This document shows positions 37,947 to 50,680 of a stretch of DNA of 64,000 nucleotides, one piece after another. A program made the translations under genes and the position numbers. Within the stretch, counting starts at the first letter, position 1. Each line of letters starts with the position of its first letter. The stretch is taken from NCBI RefSeq assembly GCF_004010195.1, contig NC_057713.1, forward strand, positions 100,304,075 through 100,368,074, written 5' to 3'. This stretch comes from Chiloscyllium plagiosum (taxonomy: Eukaryota). Under the pieces are notes generated by a model. That model saw only the letters and a program-made list of their open reading frames with translations, ran no database searches and was not told where the DNA came from.

Positions 37947-38089
37947 CATGCAGTGAATGACCCTTTATCCAGGAAGTTGGTACAAGGCTGAATTAGTTTA
38001 TGGGATTTGACCCAGGATAGCTGAATCCAGAAGAGGAGAACTTAATCCCAGAAGTGATAATCTCACCAAATGCAGATGAGAGATGTGGG

Positions 38090-38405
38090 CAATCCTTCAG
38101 CAGCTTCCTCCAAACCCATAATCTTGACCACTCAGAAGGACAGGGACAGCAATTGCATGGGACTGCCACCTTCAAAATCCCCTTGAAGCCACACACCATT
38201 CTGACTTGTAGACTATATAGCTGTTCCTTTACAGTTTCTGTGTCAAGATCATGGAACGCCATTCCTGACATCACTGTGAGTGTAACTACACCATATGATT
38301 TTCAATTCTTCATGACAATGGCTCTTCACCACCTTGTAAAGGGTAATTGAGATGAACAACAAATGATGGCCTTGCCAATGGGACACATGTTCTTGAATGA
38401 ATAAG
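38090..38405 (+). mobile_element. CR1/L2-group 3' fragment
   Basis: Homologous to 21215-21510. Confidence 0.75.
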
Positions 38406-39845
38406 ATTTTAAAAAATGCATCTTTTTATCACATGAATATTATAGCAGACAGTTACAGTCCCAGACAGACTTCCAAATGTTTACAGGCCTGTTGCTATTC
38501 CAATCTGCTGAGATTTTAGAGGAGGTGGTGAGAAATGAGAACTGCAGTTCCTTGAATCACTATGCTTTGATAAATCTGTTCTGGCTGGCCTCTCCCACTT
38601 TGCACTTTTGATAAACTTGAGATCATCTAAAACTCGTGTTGCTCATGTCTTAGTAAGGACCAAGTCTCATTTCCGAGTTATTTATATACTCGCTGACCAA
38701 CATTACCAACCAGCAGTGCCTTGATCTTAGTTCCTAATTTTTTTTTGTTCATATCTGTTGACCATCTTGCTATCTAATCCTGCCTCCTCCAGCCTCACAA
38801 GCCTCCAAGGATATCTGAATTCTCCAATTCTGAACCCTTGAACAGCTCTGATTTTAATCAATCCTGTATTGATGGCCATGCCTCCAACTGCTTGAGCTCT
38901 GAGATCTAGAATTGCTTTCCTAAATCTCTCCACTTCTCACCTCCTTCAGGATGTTCATTGAAACCTATCACATTGACTAAGATTTTGGTCACCTACATCT
39001 CCTTATGCAGCTTGAAGTCAAATTTTGATTCTTCTGAAGTCAGTGTAAAGATCCAGAAAAGGCTCATTCAGCTGATTGCTGGAATGGGATGTTATTTTAT
39101 GATGGAAAGTTGGACAAGCTGTGACTGGTTTTCCTGGAGTTTAGATGTGTAGCAGCCTCATGGCTGCTAAAACACAAGTAGGTTGCCAAATTGACAAAAC
39201 AGCAAGGGATGCGGGGTATGGGAGACATTGACCAAGAAAAGCTCTGCAAATTGCAAAACCTAAAACTACACACAGTGCAAACATAGCAGCCAAGTGCTAA
39301 TGACATTAGCGTTGTGTAAAAGGACACTTCTTGTCAACAGTTATGCTGGACACACATATCCCCAACAATGTCAATCAAATAAAAGAGGAATGCATATATT
39401 CTGCCAAAAACCAAACAAAAGGGCAGCCTGGCCCTGCTACACAAAGAAACAAACATTAACAAGCCATGCAAACAAATGACAATGTTCGGAACCATTAAGC
39501 GAGTTCACCAGTACTATAGAAAGTTCCAGAAAACCATCAAAAAAAAGCATATAAATGGGGCTTACCTGCACATCAAACTCTTGGGCCTTCTGGAGGTGAA
39601 GGTGCAGACTGACTGACCACCTAGAGTGAGAGGGACAGAGGACAACAACTTCACAAACCCGACTTCAGTTACAAGAGACTCTGGAAACTGTTGTACGATT
39701 GAGGGGATCGGGTGGGATTAGGAATACTTTCTTTAGTATTAAAGTCTTGTTCTTAAAAAATGTTGCAACAGTTTGTGTCCAACTTGTGTCTATAGGGATT
39801 TGACTGTTCTGGTCTTGTGGGATACCTGGGTATACCTGGTGAAGG

Positions 39846-39972
39846 ATCACCTGATGAAAGAGCGTCGGTCCGAAAGCTAATGTGCTTCCAATTAAACCTG
39901 TTGGACTATAACCTGGTGTTGTGTGATTTTTAACTTTGTACACCCCAGTCCAACACCGACATCTCCGAATCA
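39846..39972 (+). mobile_element. second Penelope-family pLTR end with hammerhead motif
   Basis: CAC-CTGATGA-A-AGAGC-GTC-GGTCC-GAAA-GC-TA followed by AAACCTGTTGGACTATAACCTGGTGTTGTG. Confidence 0.75.
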
Positions 39973-40734
39973 TAACTAATAGAGCAGACTTGAGGAACAC
40001 AATGGCATGATCCGATTTTTTATCCTTGTCTTGTTTCATGAAGAACTTTGGGAAGTTTTATTCCATTAAAGGTGCTATGTGAATACATTTTGTTAAAATC
40101 ACAAATTGTCAGAGAGCCTGGGCAAATGAATTGGAATGTTATGCATGGTATAAGAGACTCATGATGCTGTTGCTCTATTTACAATATGTGCTTACGTCTG
40201 GTGAAGCTGTGAACAGAGGTTGGAGTCTCTCCTCCTGCCTTGTACATGCCCAGGCAGCTGTGAGATTCAGATTTGTGCTATGTTTGACTTCATTGTGTGC
40301 AGGTAAAAGTAAGTGCTTTGTGAAATGATTGCTTTATTGTATGCTTACTGTTATGCAACATGTCCTTGAGCCTTTTGCTTTTCATTGCATTCTCTAGCTG
40401 GTGAAGTATTCACATTTTCATTCGTGGTTTTAAAGATTTGAAAACATTTCTCTGAATTGTCATTTTATCCTAAATTTTATACAAGAAGATAATTACACAT
40501 TCCTTTTCGCATGTTTCCGAGTTTCAGTGCTTTATAATGTCAAATTGCTGGACAAAGACAGTCAGTTTCTACTGAATTAAATATGCTGCCCACCCACTTA
40601 GTGATGGAAATGTACACAAAATATCTAGTTCCTTGTTGCTTTGGTTTTAACACATAAAAATGCAAAGCTTGTAGGATTGATAAGTACCGGTAAGTTCACA
40701 GAAAATGCAAGGGTCCAGAAGGGAGATATTTGTG

Positions 40735-41125
40735 TGCTTTGTTCAGGTACAGTAGACGCATACTTGCCTCTGGGTCAAATAGTGCAGATGTTGACCTATT
40801 ATTTGGATTGAAAATCCTGTGTTGCACTACCAAAGCTGCCATCGTTCTAACAAAACTGAGGCCCCATCTACTTTCTCAGTTGGATCTAAAAAACCCCATG
40901 ACAATATTTGAGGAAGTGCAGTGTGTTCTTCTCCCTATCCTGGCCAACACTTCAACTTCAACATGATTGTTGCTGATTGTCTCGTCACTGCCATACTGCT
41001 GTTCGTGAGAGCTGATTGGTGAATTGGCTCCATCTTTTCTGCATTATAACAGGAACTGCATTACAAAAGTAGATTTCATTGCTGTGGGTCATCCTAAGGT
41101 TGTAAACAAAGCTACAGGAAATGCA
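40735..41125 (+). mobile_element. Deu-type SINE
   Basis: CTTGCCTCTGGGTCA head, CTGAGGCCCCATC, ATATTTGAGGAAG and TCCTGGCCAA. Confidence 0.6.
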
Positions 41126-42084
41126 ACAAAAAAACTGAAGAAAAATTCTACAATTACTAGAAATCTGGAATAAAAACAAAATAATGGTGAAAATACTTAG
41201 CAGTTTAGGCAGCATTTGAAAGAGAGAAACTGAGTTGCTTGATAGAAACGTAAGACTTTCTTTTTCATTCGTGAGTTGTTGTCCTTCAATTTAAATTTAA
41301 AATGCCCTTTCCTAATTTGTTACAGAGTCGTCTTCATTAAGTCTGCTTTTCCAACATGTTTATTTGAAATTTAAACCGCCTGTATTTCATTTCAACCAAT
41401 GATCATCAAGATTTCTCCTTCTCCCCAACAACTTGAGGTGTATGGCAGATTTTAGCTCTGCAATTAGAATTACAGAGAGCTTTAAAATATTATTTGACAA
41501 ATAATTGCTGGCAAGTTTGCCTTTGCCTGAAACCATTTGTGTTCCTGTTTAGAATCTGCTTTTACAGTTAGGTGCATTGGGAATTTTACCACAGTAATTG
41601 CACGCATCCGTCTGCACTGCTTAGGGAAATCAATGTAAAAGATCCCATGACACTATTTGAAGCAGAGCAGGAGAGTTCTCCTCTGTGTCCTGGCCAATAT
41701 TCATCCTTCAACCACCATCACTAAAATAGAGGGCCCAGTTAAGATGACATTACTGTATGTCGGAGCTTGCTGTGTGTAAATTGACTACCATAATCCCTAC
41801 ATTATAACAGTGATTATGGTTCATTGGCTGGAAAGGACTTTGGGATGTCCTAAGACCATGTATAATAGCTAATTCTTTCTCTGTTCATTCAGTTCCTGGT
41901 ACCTCATTCCAAAGTTATTGTGGAGAGATTCTAATGAAGCTTTAAAGAAACAGAGGGAGGAGTGCCAGACCATATGTCCATGTTCCACCTGTGTCTTTAA
42001 GATTTTCAAATAAAATACCTATTAAGTAAAGAATTGCCTAGAATTTTACCACAGTCGTTGAAAATTCTTACAATAGGATATGTA

Positions 42085-43005
42085 TTCCACCCCCTCAATA
42101 TTACTTATATGCTCACGACGTGTGGCCAAATTCCACACCAACTCCATTTACAAATTTACTGATGACATCACTATCGTAGGTCATATCTCAAACAACAATG
42201 AGACAGAATACAGGAAAGAGATTGGGAGCTTATTGACATGGTATAAAGACAAAGATCTCCCCATCATTGTCAGCAAAGTGAAGGAGCTGGTCATTGACTT
42301 CAGAAAGTGGAGTGGAGGACATGCCCCTATCTACATCAATGATGCTGTTGGTGGAGAGTGTCAAGTTCCTGGGAGTGATGTTGACCAACAATCTAATCTG
42401 GTCCACTTACGCCGACGCAATGGTCAAGGAAGCACAATGGCGTCTCCACTTCTTTAGGGAGCTAAGGAAATTTGACATGTCCACAAACACTCTTACCAAT
42501 TTTTATAGATGCATCAGAGAAAGCCCCCTATGCAGGTACATCACAGGTTGGTATGGCAACTGCTCTTCCCAAGACTGCAAGAAACAATAGAGTTTCATGA
42601 ACACAGCTCAGTCAATCATACAACCCAGCCTTCCATCCATTGACTTCATCTATCCTTCCTGCTGCCTCAGGAAAGCAACCAACATAATCAAAGCTGCCTC
42701 CTACCCCAGTTATATGGTCTTCCACCCTCTTCTGTTGGGCAGAAGATATAAACATTTGAATCCATATTTGAACAGATTCAAGAAACACTTCTTCCCTGTT
42801 GTTATCAGACTTTGGAACAGACCTCTCAATTGTTAATGTCGATCTCTCTCTCTCTCTCTCTGCACCTTCTCTGTGGCTGCAACACTATATTCTGTACTCT
42901 GTTCTACTATCCTGAAGCATTTTGTATGGTACGATCTGCGTGATTAGCACACAAAACAACACTTTTCACTGTATCTTGGTACATGTGACAATAATAAATC
43001 AAACA
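42085..43005 (+). mobile_element. Rex1/Babar LINE 3' half
   Basis: IYKFTDDITIVG, KVKELVIDFRK, FYRCIRES and FFPVVIRL; tail GTACATGTGACAATAATAAATCAAA. Confidence 0.9.
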
Positions 43006-43108
43006 AGCATTAATAAAGTTGAAGTTGAAACTTATGTAAAATAGATAATTTTATATGTTGAGGGAGCAAGGGGAGCTACTGATGTATTATTGTTATAGTG
43101 CACATAAC

Positions 43109-43418
43109 TGGGTGGCACGGTGGCTCAATGATTAGCACTGCTGTATCACGGTATTAGGGACCTGGGTTCAATTCCACTCTTGGGCAACTGTCTGCATGGG
43201 TTTCCTCCAGGTGCTCCAGTTTCCTCCCACAATCCAAAGATGTGCAGGTTAGATGTTTTAGCAATGCTAAATTACCCATACTGTTCAGGGATGTATAGGT
43301 TAAGTGTGTTGGCCATGAGAAATGCAGGGTTACAGGGTGGCAGGGGTGGTGCTCTTTGGAGGGTCAGTGCAGACTTGTTGAGCCAAATGGCCTGTCCCCA
43401 CAATGTAGGGATTCTACA
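43109..43418 (+). mobile_element. HE1-type SINE
   Basis: GGGTGGCACGGTGGCTCAATGATTAGCACTGCTG...GGGTTCAATTCC...TGTAGGGATTCTA. Confidence 0.9.
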
Positions 43419-44697
43419 GAATGCTTTTGCCTGTGGGTTCATATGCTCTAATAGGTTAGACTGTAAAAGGAAGTTTTTCTGATACTTTACAGGGCTTTAG
43501 TGTTTCTTTGATGCATGTGAGGTATTGTGTACTGCTTTGTGCTTCTGATTTAAAAAGGGATATACTCAGCTTAAAGTTGTTTGTCAGATTGACTCCTGGG
43601 ATGAGAGGATTTATCATTAGACAAATTTGAGCCTATTATGTTCCTTGGAGTTCAAAAAAATTGAGAGATAAACTTAATGCAATCAGATGCTTTGCAGTGT
43701 CAATGCTGAGAGGTGGTTTCCTCTGCTGGAGAGTATAAAACATGGGGACATAATCATAAGTTGTCCATTTAGGACCAAGCTGAAGAGAATTCTTCTTCAC
43801 TCAGACTTTTGTGATGCTTTGGAATTTTCTACCCCAAACAGCAGTGAACGATACTCAGCTGATGTATAATTTAAACACAGAATGCCTGAAACATTGGCTT
43901 TGTTTTTCTCACCACACAGGCTACTTGATCCGCTGAGGATTTCCAGCATTTCTGTTTGTTATTTAACTGATTTTGTTATCTTGCAAGTAGCCTCCTGGTG
44001 GCTTTTGTTTGCAGAAGGTTATCTATTAATACACTCTGTCTATAAAGAAATCAGCACTTTATGGGTTAAATATGTTACTAAAGTCAGCAGTATTTACCAT
44101 CAGACCTTGATTTCAAACAGAAGGATAAGAAGGGAGGAGAAGCCATTTTGATTTATTGCTGTGCTAATTAATTTAGTTTAGATAAACTCATTTCCGTTTG
44201 TTCGCAGTGGGATGTAATTTCAGCTGTGCCTCGGGAGACTTTCACATCTGGCTCATATTTCAGCTTTGAGGCTCCTGCTCTTTATCCTCCTCTAACCCTG
44301 TTCTGATCACTGTTTTAGGTATTACAACGGCTAACCACCACTGACAAGAAAATTGAAATATAAATTTAATGGCTTTGCCAGTACAGATTAGATGTGGTGA
44401 TGGCTGGGAGCCAGAACTGCCTGCCAGAAGAAAATCTAGCTCCAAAAGCCTTCTTCTGTTTAAGAAAGTATTTCTACACCTCTTCCCACATTGAATCTGG
44501 AAGGTTCTGGAGCTCATTAGTATTCTTCTGTTAAACGGAGGAAGAATGTATGTTTATATTGCACCTCCTGAGAGCTTGGGACACCCCAAAGTTCCTTTCA
44601 GCCAATTAAATACTTCTGAAATGCATTTGCTGTTGAAATGTAAGAAACCCAGTCATCAATGCAGTGCAAGATCACACAGTAGAAATCAGTTTCTTTT

Positions 44698-44810
44698 GAG
44701 ATACAAAAAGAGAGGCTGCTAGAAAAGCTCAGCAGATCTGGTGGCAACTGTGAAGAAAAATCAGAGTTAACATTTCGGGTCCGGTGACTCTTCCTCAGAA
44801 TGCTGAGGAA
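44698..44810 (-). mobile_element. Penelope-derived pLTR with hammerhead motif and short fold-back
   Basis: Minus strand CTGAGGA-A-GAGTC-ACCG-GACCC-GAAA-TGTT. Hairpin TTCCTCAG-AATG-CTGAGGAA at 44791-44810. Confidence 0.8.
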
Positions 44811-45420
44811 CATATGTAAGACATGTTCCAGGAATGCAGCATCTTTGAACTCCCCCGAGAGGGCAGCTGGTTGGATTGGAGCCAGCATCTGTTGACCTCA
44901 TGCAGTTGTCTTCCATTGATATGCTGCTTTTCTCTCCCAAGAGTCCATTTGTACACCTTATTTGTGAGAGGCTTGAGCCAGTCATAATCTCAATTACGTA
45001 TTGGCCACCCCACCCACCTTTCAGTCAGAAGATCGATTAGTCATCTTGTTCTATTGCCTGTTAAAACGTACTGTTTTAGCTTCCGAATTTTGCTTTACAT
45101 ATGGGTCATAAGGTCACATTACACTTCCCTGTCAACATTAGCAATGTTTGGATTCAACATTTGCAATCAAGAAGTGTCCTTGGCAGAGGGAGTTACTGGC
45201 TGAACAGCCCCGGAAAATACAATGGGAACTTTCCTTGTTGACAGAGAGAGGGTGGGGAGCGGTTGGGAATGAAAAAGAGTTAATCCTATAACATTTAATA
45301 AATTTCTTCAGAGTTTACAAAATTATGATGTCATAATTTCTTGCAAGTTGTAGAAATGATTTATGAAGCTTACTCCAGCAACGAGGGCCTTCACTTACAT
45401 GAATGGATTGGAGAAGTCTA

Positions 45421-45610
45421 TAATAAAAACCTAATCTGTCAGAGAAACTCAGCAGGACTGGCAGCATCTCTGGAGCAGGAAACAGGTTAGTGTTGTGAGT
45501 CCAGTTTGACTCTTCTTCAGAACTGTTTTTCTCTCCTCAGGTGCTGCCAGACCTGCTGAGTTTCTCCAAAACTTTGTTTTTATTTTAGATTTCCAGCATT
45601 TACAGTATTT
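45421..45610. mobile_element. older Penelope-derived fold-back element
   Basis: GAGAAACTCAGCAGGACTGGCAGCA is inverted relative to TGCTGCCAGACCTGCTGAGTTTCTC. Minus strand CTGAAGA-A-GAGTC-AAACTG-GACTC at ~45497-45520. Confidence 0.75.
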
Positions 45611-45639
45611 GAGGGGCAAGGATAGGAGGAATAAGACAG

Positions 45640-46270
45640 GGCAAGTCCAAAACTAGAGGGAATACGTTTCAGGTGAGAGGGGAAAGATTTAAAAAGGGCA
45701 TGAGGGGCAGCTTTTTCATGCAGTGGGTGGCATATGTATGGGACAAGTTGTCAGAGGAAGTGGTGGAGGCTGAATGGATATATGACTGGAAGGATTTAGA
45801 GAGATATGGACCAAATGCTGGCAAATGGGACTAGATCAGGTTGGGATGAGTGGTTGGCATGGTTGAGTTGGACAGAAGGGTCTGTTTCCATGTTGTTTCA
45901 CTCTACGACTCACTTTGACTTTTGTTAGGTAAGTGGGGGCTGCTTTCCTTCGGAAAGAGAATGTCGAGAGGAGACCTGATGGAGGATTTCAAAATCAAGA
46001 GAGTTCTGGGCCAAATAAATGAGGAAAAACTGTTCGCATTGGTGAAGGGATCAAGAGATCGTCAGTTTTAAGGTCAATGGCAAAAAGAGAGCAAAGGGAA
46101 GATGATTGAAAAGGTTTTAGGGTGGACAACAGTTAGCATCAGGAATGCACAACCTGAGAATGTGGTGAAGGCAGATCCTATCATAGCTTTCAAGAAGGAA
46201 CTGGACAATTATCTGATGAGAAAAGATTTGCAAAGCTTTTTGAGAAAGGACCGGAGTGGGCCCAGAATAC
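45640..46270 (+). mobile_element. two adjacent CR1 3' fragments
   Basis: AAACTAGAGGG...GTGAGAGGGGAAAGATTTAAAA and GAGAGGAGACCTGAT...GCTTTCAAGAAGGAACTGGA. Confidence 0.75.
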
Positions 46271-46295
46271 AAGCTCTTGCAGAGGAAAAGTTTGA

Positions 46296-46510
46296 TGAGA
46301 TTAGATTCCCTACAATGTGGAAACAAACCCTTTGACCCAACAAGTTCATTCCGACCCTCCGAAGAGTACCCCACCCAGACCCATTTCCCTCTGACTAATG
46401 CACCTAACACTATGGGCAATTTAGCATGGCCAATCACCTGACCTACACATCTTTGGACAGCGGGAGGAAACCAGAGCACCCAGAGTAAACCCACACAGAC
46501 ACAGGGAGAA
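46296..46510 (-). mobile_element. 5'-truncated HE1-type SINE
   Basis: GATTAGATTCCCTACA tail and the reverse complement of the V-domain. Confidence 0.88.
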
Positions 46511-47235
46511 TTATAGTAGACCCAAAGCATCAGGTTTCAAGAAGCTTCAGACATTTCAGAGGAGGACTTCTTGGTGAGAGTCTAACCGTGTTCCTATCTA
46601 TCAGCAATCTTCATGGAGATGGGTCAAGCTTATTGTGGCTACCTGTCTCACAGATGCTAGCCATCTGGTACTGCCTGCCTACCTGGCAGCTACAGTTAGC
46701 AATCTGTATAATGAATGTCTATTAGTGGACTGCCTGACGACATGACTGTCACCTTCCCAGTGATGGATGGGCTCCACACTGAGGCAAGTGCCTGGAGTTA
46801 GATTCCTGGTAACTGGCTAGTAGGTGGTAACTGAGTAGCCTCATTTCTCACCAACTAACATCCCTTCCCACCACCTCCTTTCCATCAGTTGTTCCTGCTT
46901 CATGTTTCACTTTAATAAGGGTGCTGTGGCAGTTGTGGACAAAGTTGAACTTATTAAAGTTAATATGTCATAAAATAGTGTCTCAAAAGTGGCGGCTCCC
47001 TTATACGCCCCCTATTATAGGGTGTCTGACTATAGTCTGCAGTCTCAGTCCAGACCCAGAGATGGTTTCTTAACCTGCTAACTCTGGGAAGATTCATCAG
47101 GCAGGTACTAAGGCTGGCTGTGCAGGGTTGCAAACCAGAAATGTTCCAACTAATGCTCATAGAGTCATAGAGTCTTAGAGATGTACAGCATCTTCGGTCC
47201 AACCCGTCCATGCCGACTAGATATCCCAACCCAAT

Positions 47236-49630
47236 CTAGTCCCACCTGCCAGCACCCGGCCCATATCCCTCCAAACCCTTCCTATTCATATACCCATCCA
47301 AATGCCTCTTAAATGTTGAAATTGTACCAGCCTCCACCACATCCTCTGGCAGCTCATTCCATGTACGTACCACCCTCTGTGTGAAAAAATTGCCCCTTAG
47401 GTTTCTTTTATATCTTTCCCCTCTCACCCTAAACCTATGCTCTCTACTTCTCGACTCCCCGACCCCAGGGAAAAGACTTTGTCTATTTATCCTATCCATG
47501 CCCCTCATAATTTTGTAAATGTCTATAAGGCCTCCGACGCTCCTGGAAAAACAGCCCCAGCCTGTTCAACCTCTCCCTATAGCTCAAATCCTCCAACCCT
47601 GACAACATCCTTGTAAATCTTTTCTGAACCCTTTCAAGTTTCACAACATCTTTTCGATAGGAAGGAGACCAGAATTGCACGCAATATTCCAACAGTGGCC
47701 TAACCAATGTCCTGTACATCCGCAACATGACCTCTCAACTCCTGTACTCAATACTCAGACCAATAAAGGAAAGCATATCAAACGCCTTCTTCATCCTATC
47801 TACTTGTGACTCCACTTTCAAGGAGCCATGAACCTGCACTCTAAGGTCTTTTTGTTCAGCAACACTCCCTAGGACCTTACCATTAAGTGTATAAGTCCTG
47901 CTAAGATTTGCTTTCCCAAAATGCAGCACCTTGCATCTATCTGAATTAAATTCCATCTTCCACTTCTCAACCCATTGGCCCGTCTGGTCAAGATCCTGTT
48001 GTAATTTGAGGTAACCCTCTTCGCTGTCCACTACACCTCCAATTTTGGTGTCATCTGCAAATTTACTAACTGTACCTCTTATGCTCGCATCCAAATCATT
48101 TATGTAAATGACAAAAAGTAGAGGACCCAGCACCGATCCTTGTGGCACTCCACTGGTCTTGCCTTTCCAAATACATGTACATCCTGTCCCTCAGGATTCC
48201 CTCCAACAACTTGCCCACCACTGAGGTCAGGCTCACCGGTCTATAGTTGCCTGGTTGGTCTTCACCGCCCTTCTTAAACAGTGACACCACGTTTGCCAAC
48301 CTCCAGTCTTCCGGCACCTCACCTGTGACTATCGATGATACAAATATCTCAGCAAGACGCCCAGCAATCACTTCTCTAACTTCCCACAGAGTTCTCGGGT
48401 ATATCTGATCAGGTCCTGGGGATTTATCCACCTTTAACCATTTCAAGTCATCCAGCTCTTCCTCCTCTGTAACCTGGACATTTTGCAAGATGTCACCATC
48501 TATTTCCCTACAGTCTACATCTTCCATATCCTTTTCCACAGTAAATACTGATGCAAAATATTCATTTAGTATCTCCCCCATTTTCTGTGGCTCCACACAA
48601 AGGCTGCCTTGCTGATCTTTGCCAACGCTATCTCATGTCCCCGTTTTGCCCTCCTGATTTCCCTCTTAAGTATACTCCTACTTCCTTTATACTCTCCTAA
48701 GGATTCACTCAATCTATCCTGTCTATACCTGACATATGCTTCCTTCTTTTTCTTAACCAAACCCTCAATTGTCATCCAGCATTCCCTATACCTACCAGCC
48801 TTCCCTTTCACCCTGACAGGAATATACTTTCTCGCTTCCCATTTTCCAGCCGTCCCTTTACCTGCGAACATCTGCCTCCAACCAGCTTTTGAAAGTTCGT
48901 GCCTAATACCGTCACAATTGGCCTTTCTCCAATTTAGAACTTCAACTTTTAGATCTGATCTATCCTTTTCCATCACTATTTTGAAATGGATAGAATTATG
49001 GTCGCTGGCCCCAAAGTGCTCCCCCACTGACACCTCAGTCACCTGCCCTGCCTTATTTCCCAAGAGTAGATCAAGTTTTGCACCTTCTCTAGTAGGTACA
49101 TCCACATACTGAATCAGAAAATTATCTTGTACACACTACAGAAATTCCTCTCCATCTAAACCTTTAACACTATGGCAGTCCCAGTCGATGTTTGGAAAGT
49201 TAAAATCCCCTACCATAACTACCCTATTATTCTTCCAGATAGCTGAGATCTCCTTACAAGTTTGTTTCTCAATTTCCTTCTGACTATTGGGGGTGCTCTA
49301 TAATACAATCCCAATAAGATGATCATCCCTTTCTTATTTCTCAGTTCCACCCAAATAACTTCCCTGGATGTATTTTCAGGAATATCCTCCCTCAGCACAG
49401 CTATAATGCTATTCCTTATCAAAAATGCCACTTCCCCTCCTCTCTTGCCTCCCTTTCTATCCTTCCTGTAGCATTTGTATCATGGAACATTAAGCTGCCA
49501 GTCCTGACCATACCTGATCCATGTTTCCGTAATTGCTATGATATCCCAGTCCCATGTTCCAAACCATGTCCTGAGTTCATCTGCCTTCCCTGTTAGGCCC
49601 CTTGCATTGAAATAAATGCAGTTTAATTTA
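47236..49630 (-). pseudogene. CR1 ORF2 (APE endonuclease plus reverse transcriptase), frameshifted and deleted
   Basis: [34 protein letters not shown] and KFADDTK. Confidence 0.93.
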
Positions 49631-49899
49631 TTAGTCCTACCTTGTCTCTGCCTGCCCTGACTGTTTGACTCACCTCTGTTCTCAATTTCCAAGTCTCAGA
49701 TTGATCTCTTTCCTCACTATCTCCCTGGGTCCCACCCCCCACCTTACTAGTTTAAATCCTCCCAAGCAGTTCTAGCAAAATTCCCTGCCAGTATATTAGT
49801 CCCCTTCCAATTTAGGTGCAATCCGTCCTTCTTGTACAGGTCACTTCTACCCCAAAAGAGATTCCAATGATCCAAAAATGTGAATCCTTCTCCCATACA

Positions 49900-50680
49900 C
49901 TATACACTAGCTCATTAGCCATGCATTCATCTGCTCTATCCTCCTATTCCTGCCCTCACTAGCTCATAGCAATGGGAGTAATCCAGATATTACTACCTTT
50001 GAGGACCTCCTTTTTAAATTTCTGCTTAACTCTCTGTTATCTCCCTTCAGAATCTGAACCTTTTCCCTTCCTATATCATTGGTTCCAATGTGGACAATGA
50101 CCTCCTGCTGGCCCCTCTCCCCGGTGAGAACATTCTGCACCCTCTCTGAGACATCCTTGATCCTGGCACCAGGGAAACAACACACCATTCTGTTTTTCCT
50201 CTGCTGGCCACAGAAACGTCTGTCTGTACCTCGAACTACAGAATTCCCTAACACAATTGATCTCTTGGAAGCCGACGTACCCCTTGTTGCATTAGAGCCA
50301 GTCTCAATACCATAAACTTGGCTGTTCGTGCTACGTTCCCCTGAGAGTCCATCACCCCCTACATTTTCCAAAACAGCATACCTGTTTGAAATAGGTATAT
50401 CCACAAAAGACTCCTGCCCTAGGTGCCGACCTCTCTCACCCTTCTGGAGTTAACCCATCTGTGTGGCTGTATCTGAGACTTTCCCCCCTTCCTATAACTG
50501 CCTTCCATCACATACTGTTGCTGTTGCAAATTCCTTATTGCTTCTATCTGTCTCTCCAACCGATCCACTCGATCTGCTAAGATTTGCATCCAACAGCATT
50601 TATGGCCGATATAATCCGCAGTAACCCTTAAACTCTCTTTAAACTCCCACATCTGACAAGAAGTACACATCATTGCAAAG
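49900..50680 (-). pseudogene. CR1 ORF1: CxxC zinc-finger/coiled-coil plus SGNH (GDSL-like) esterase
   Basis: MMCTSCQMWE...HKC, SIVLGNSVVRG, CFPGA and VHIGTNDIG. Confidence 0.88.

Noticed and set aside
13181-37956. Recurrent peptides such as PEEGLMPETSILL and WCWKSTAGQAASEEQENRRFG
   Set aside because: These are translations of the non-coding palindromic pLTR arms; they recur on both strands because the DNA is an inverted repeat.
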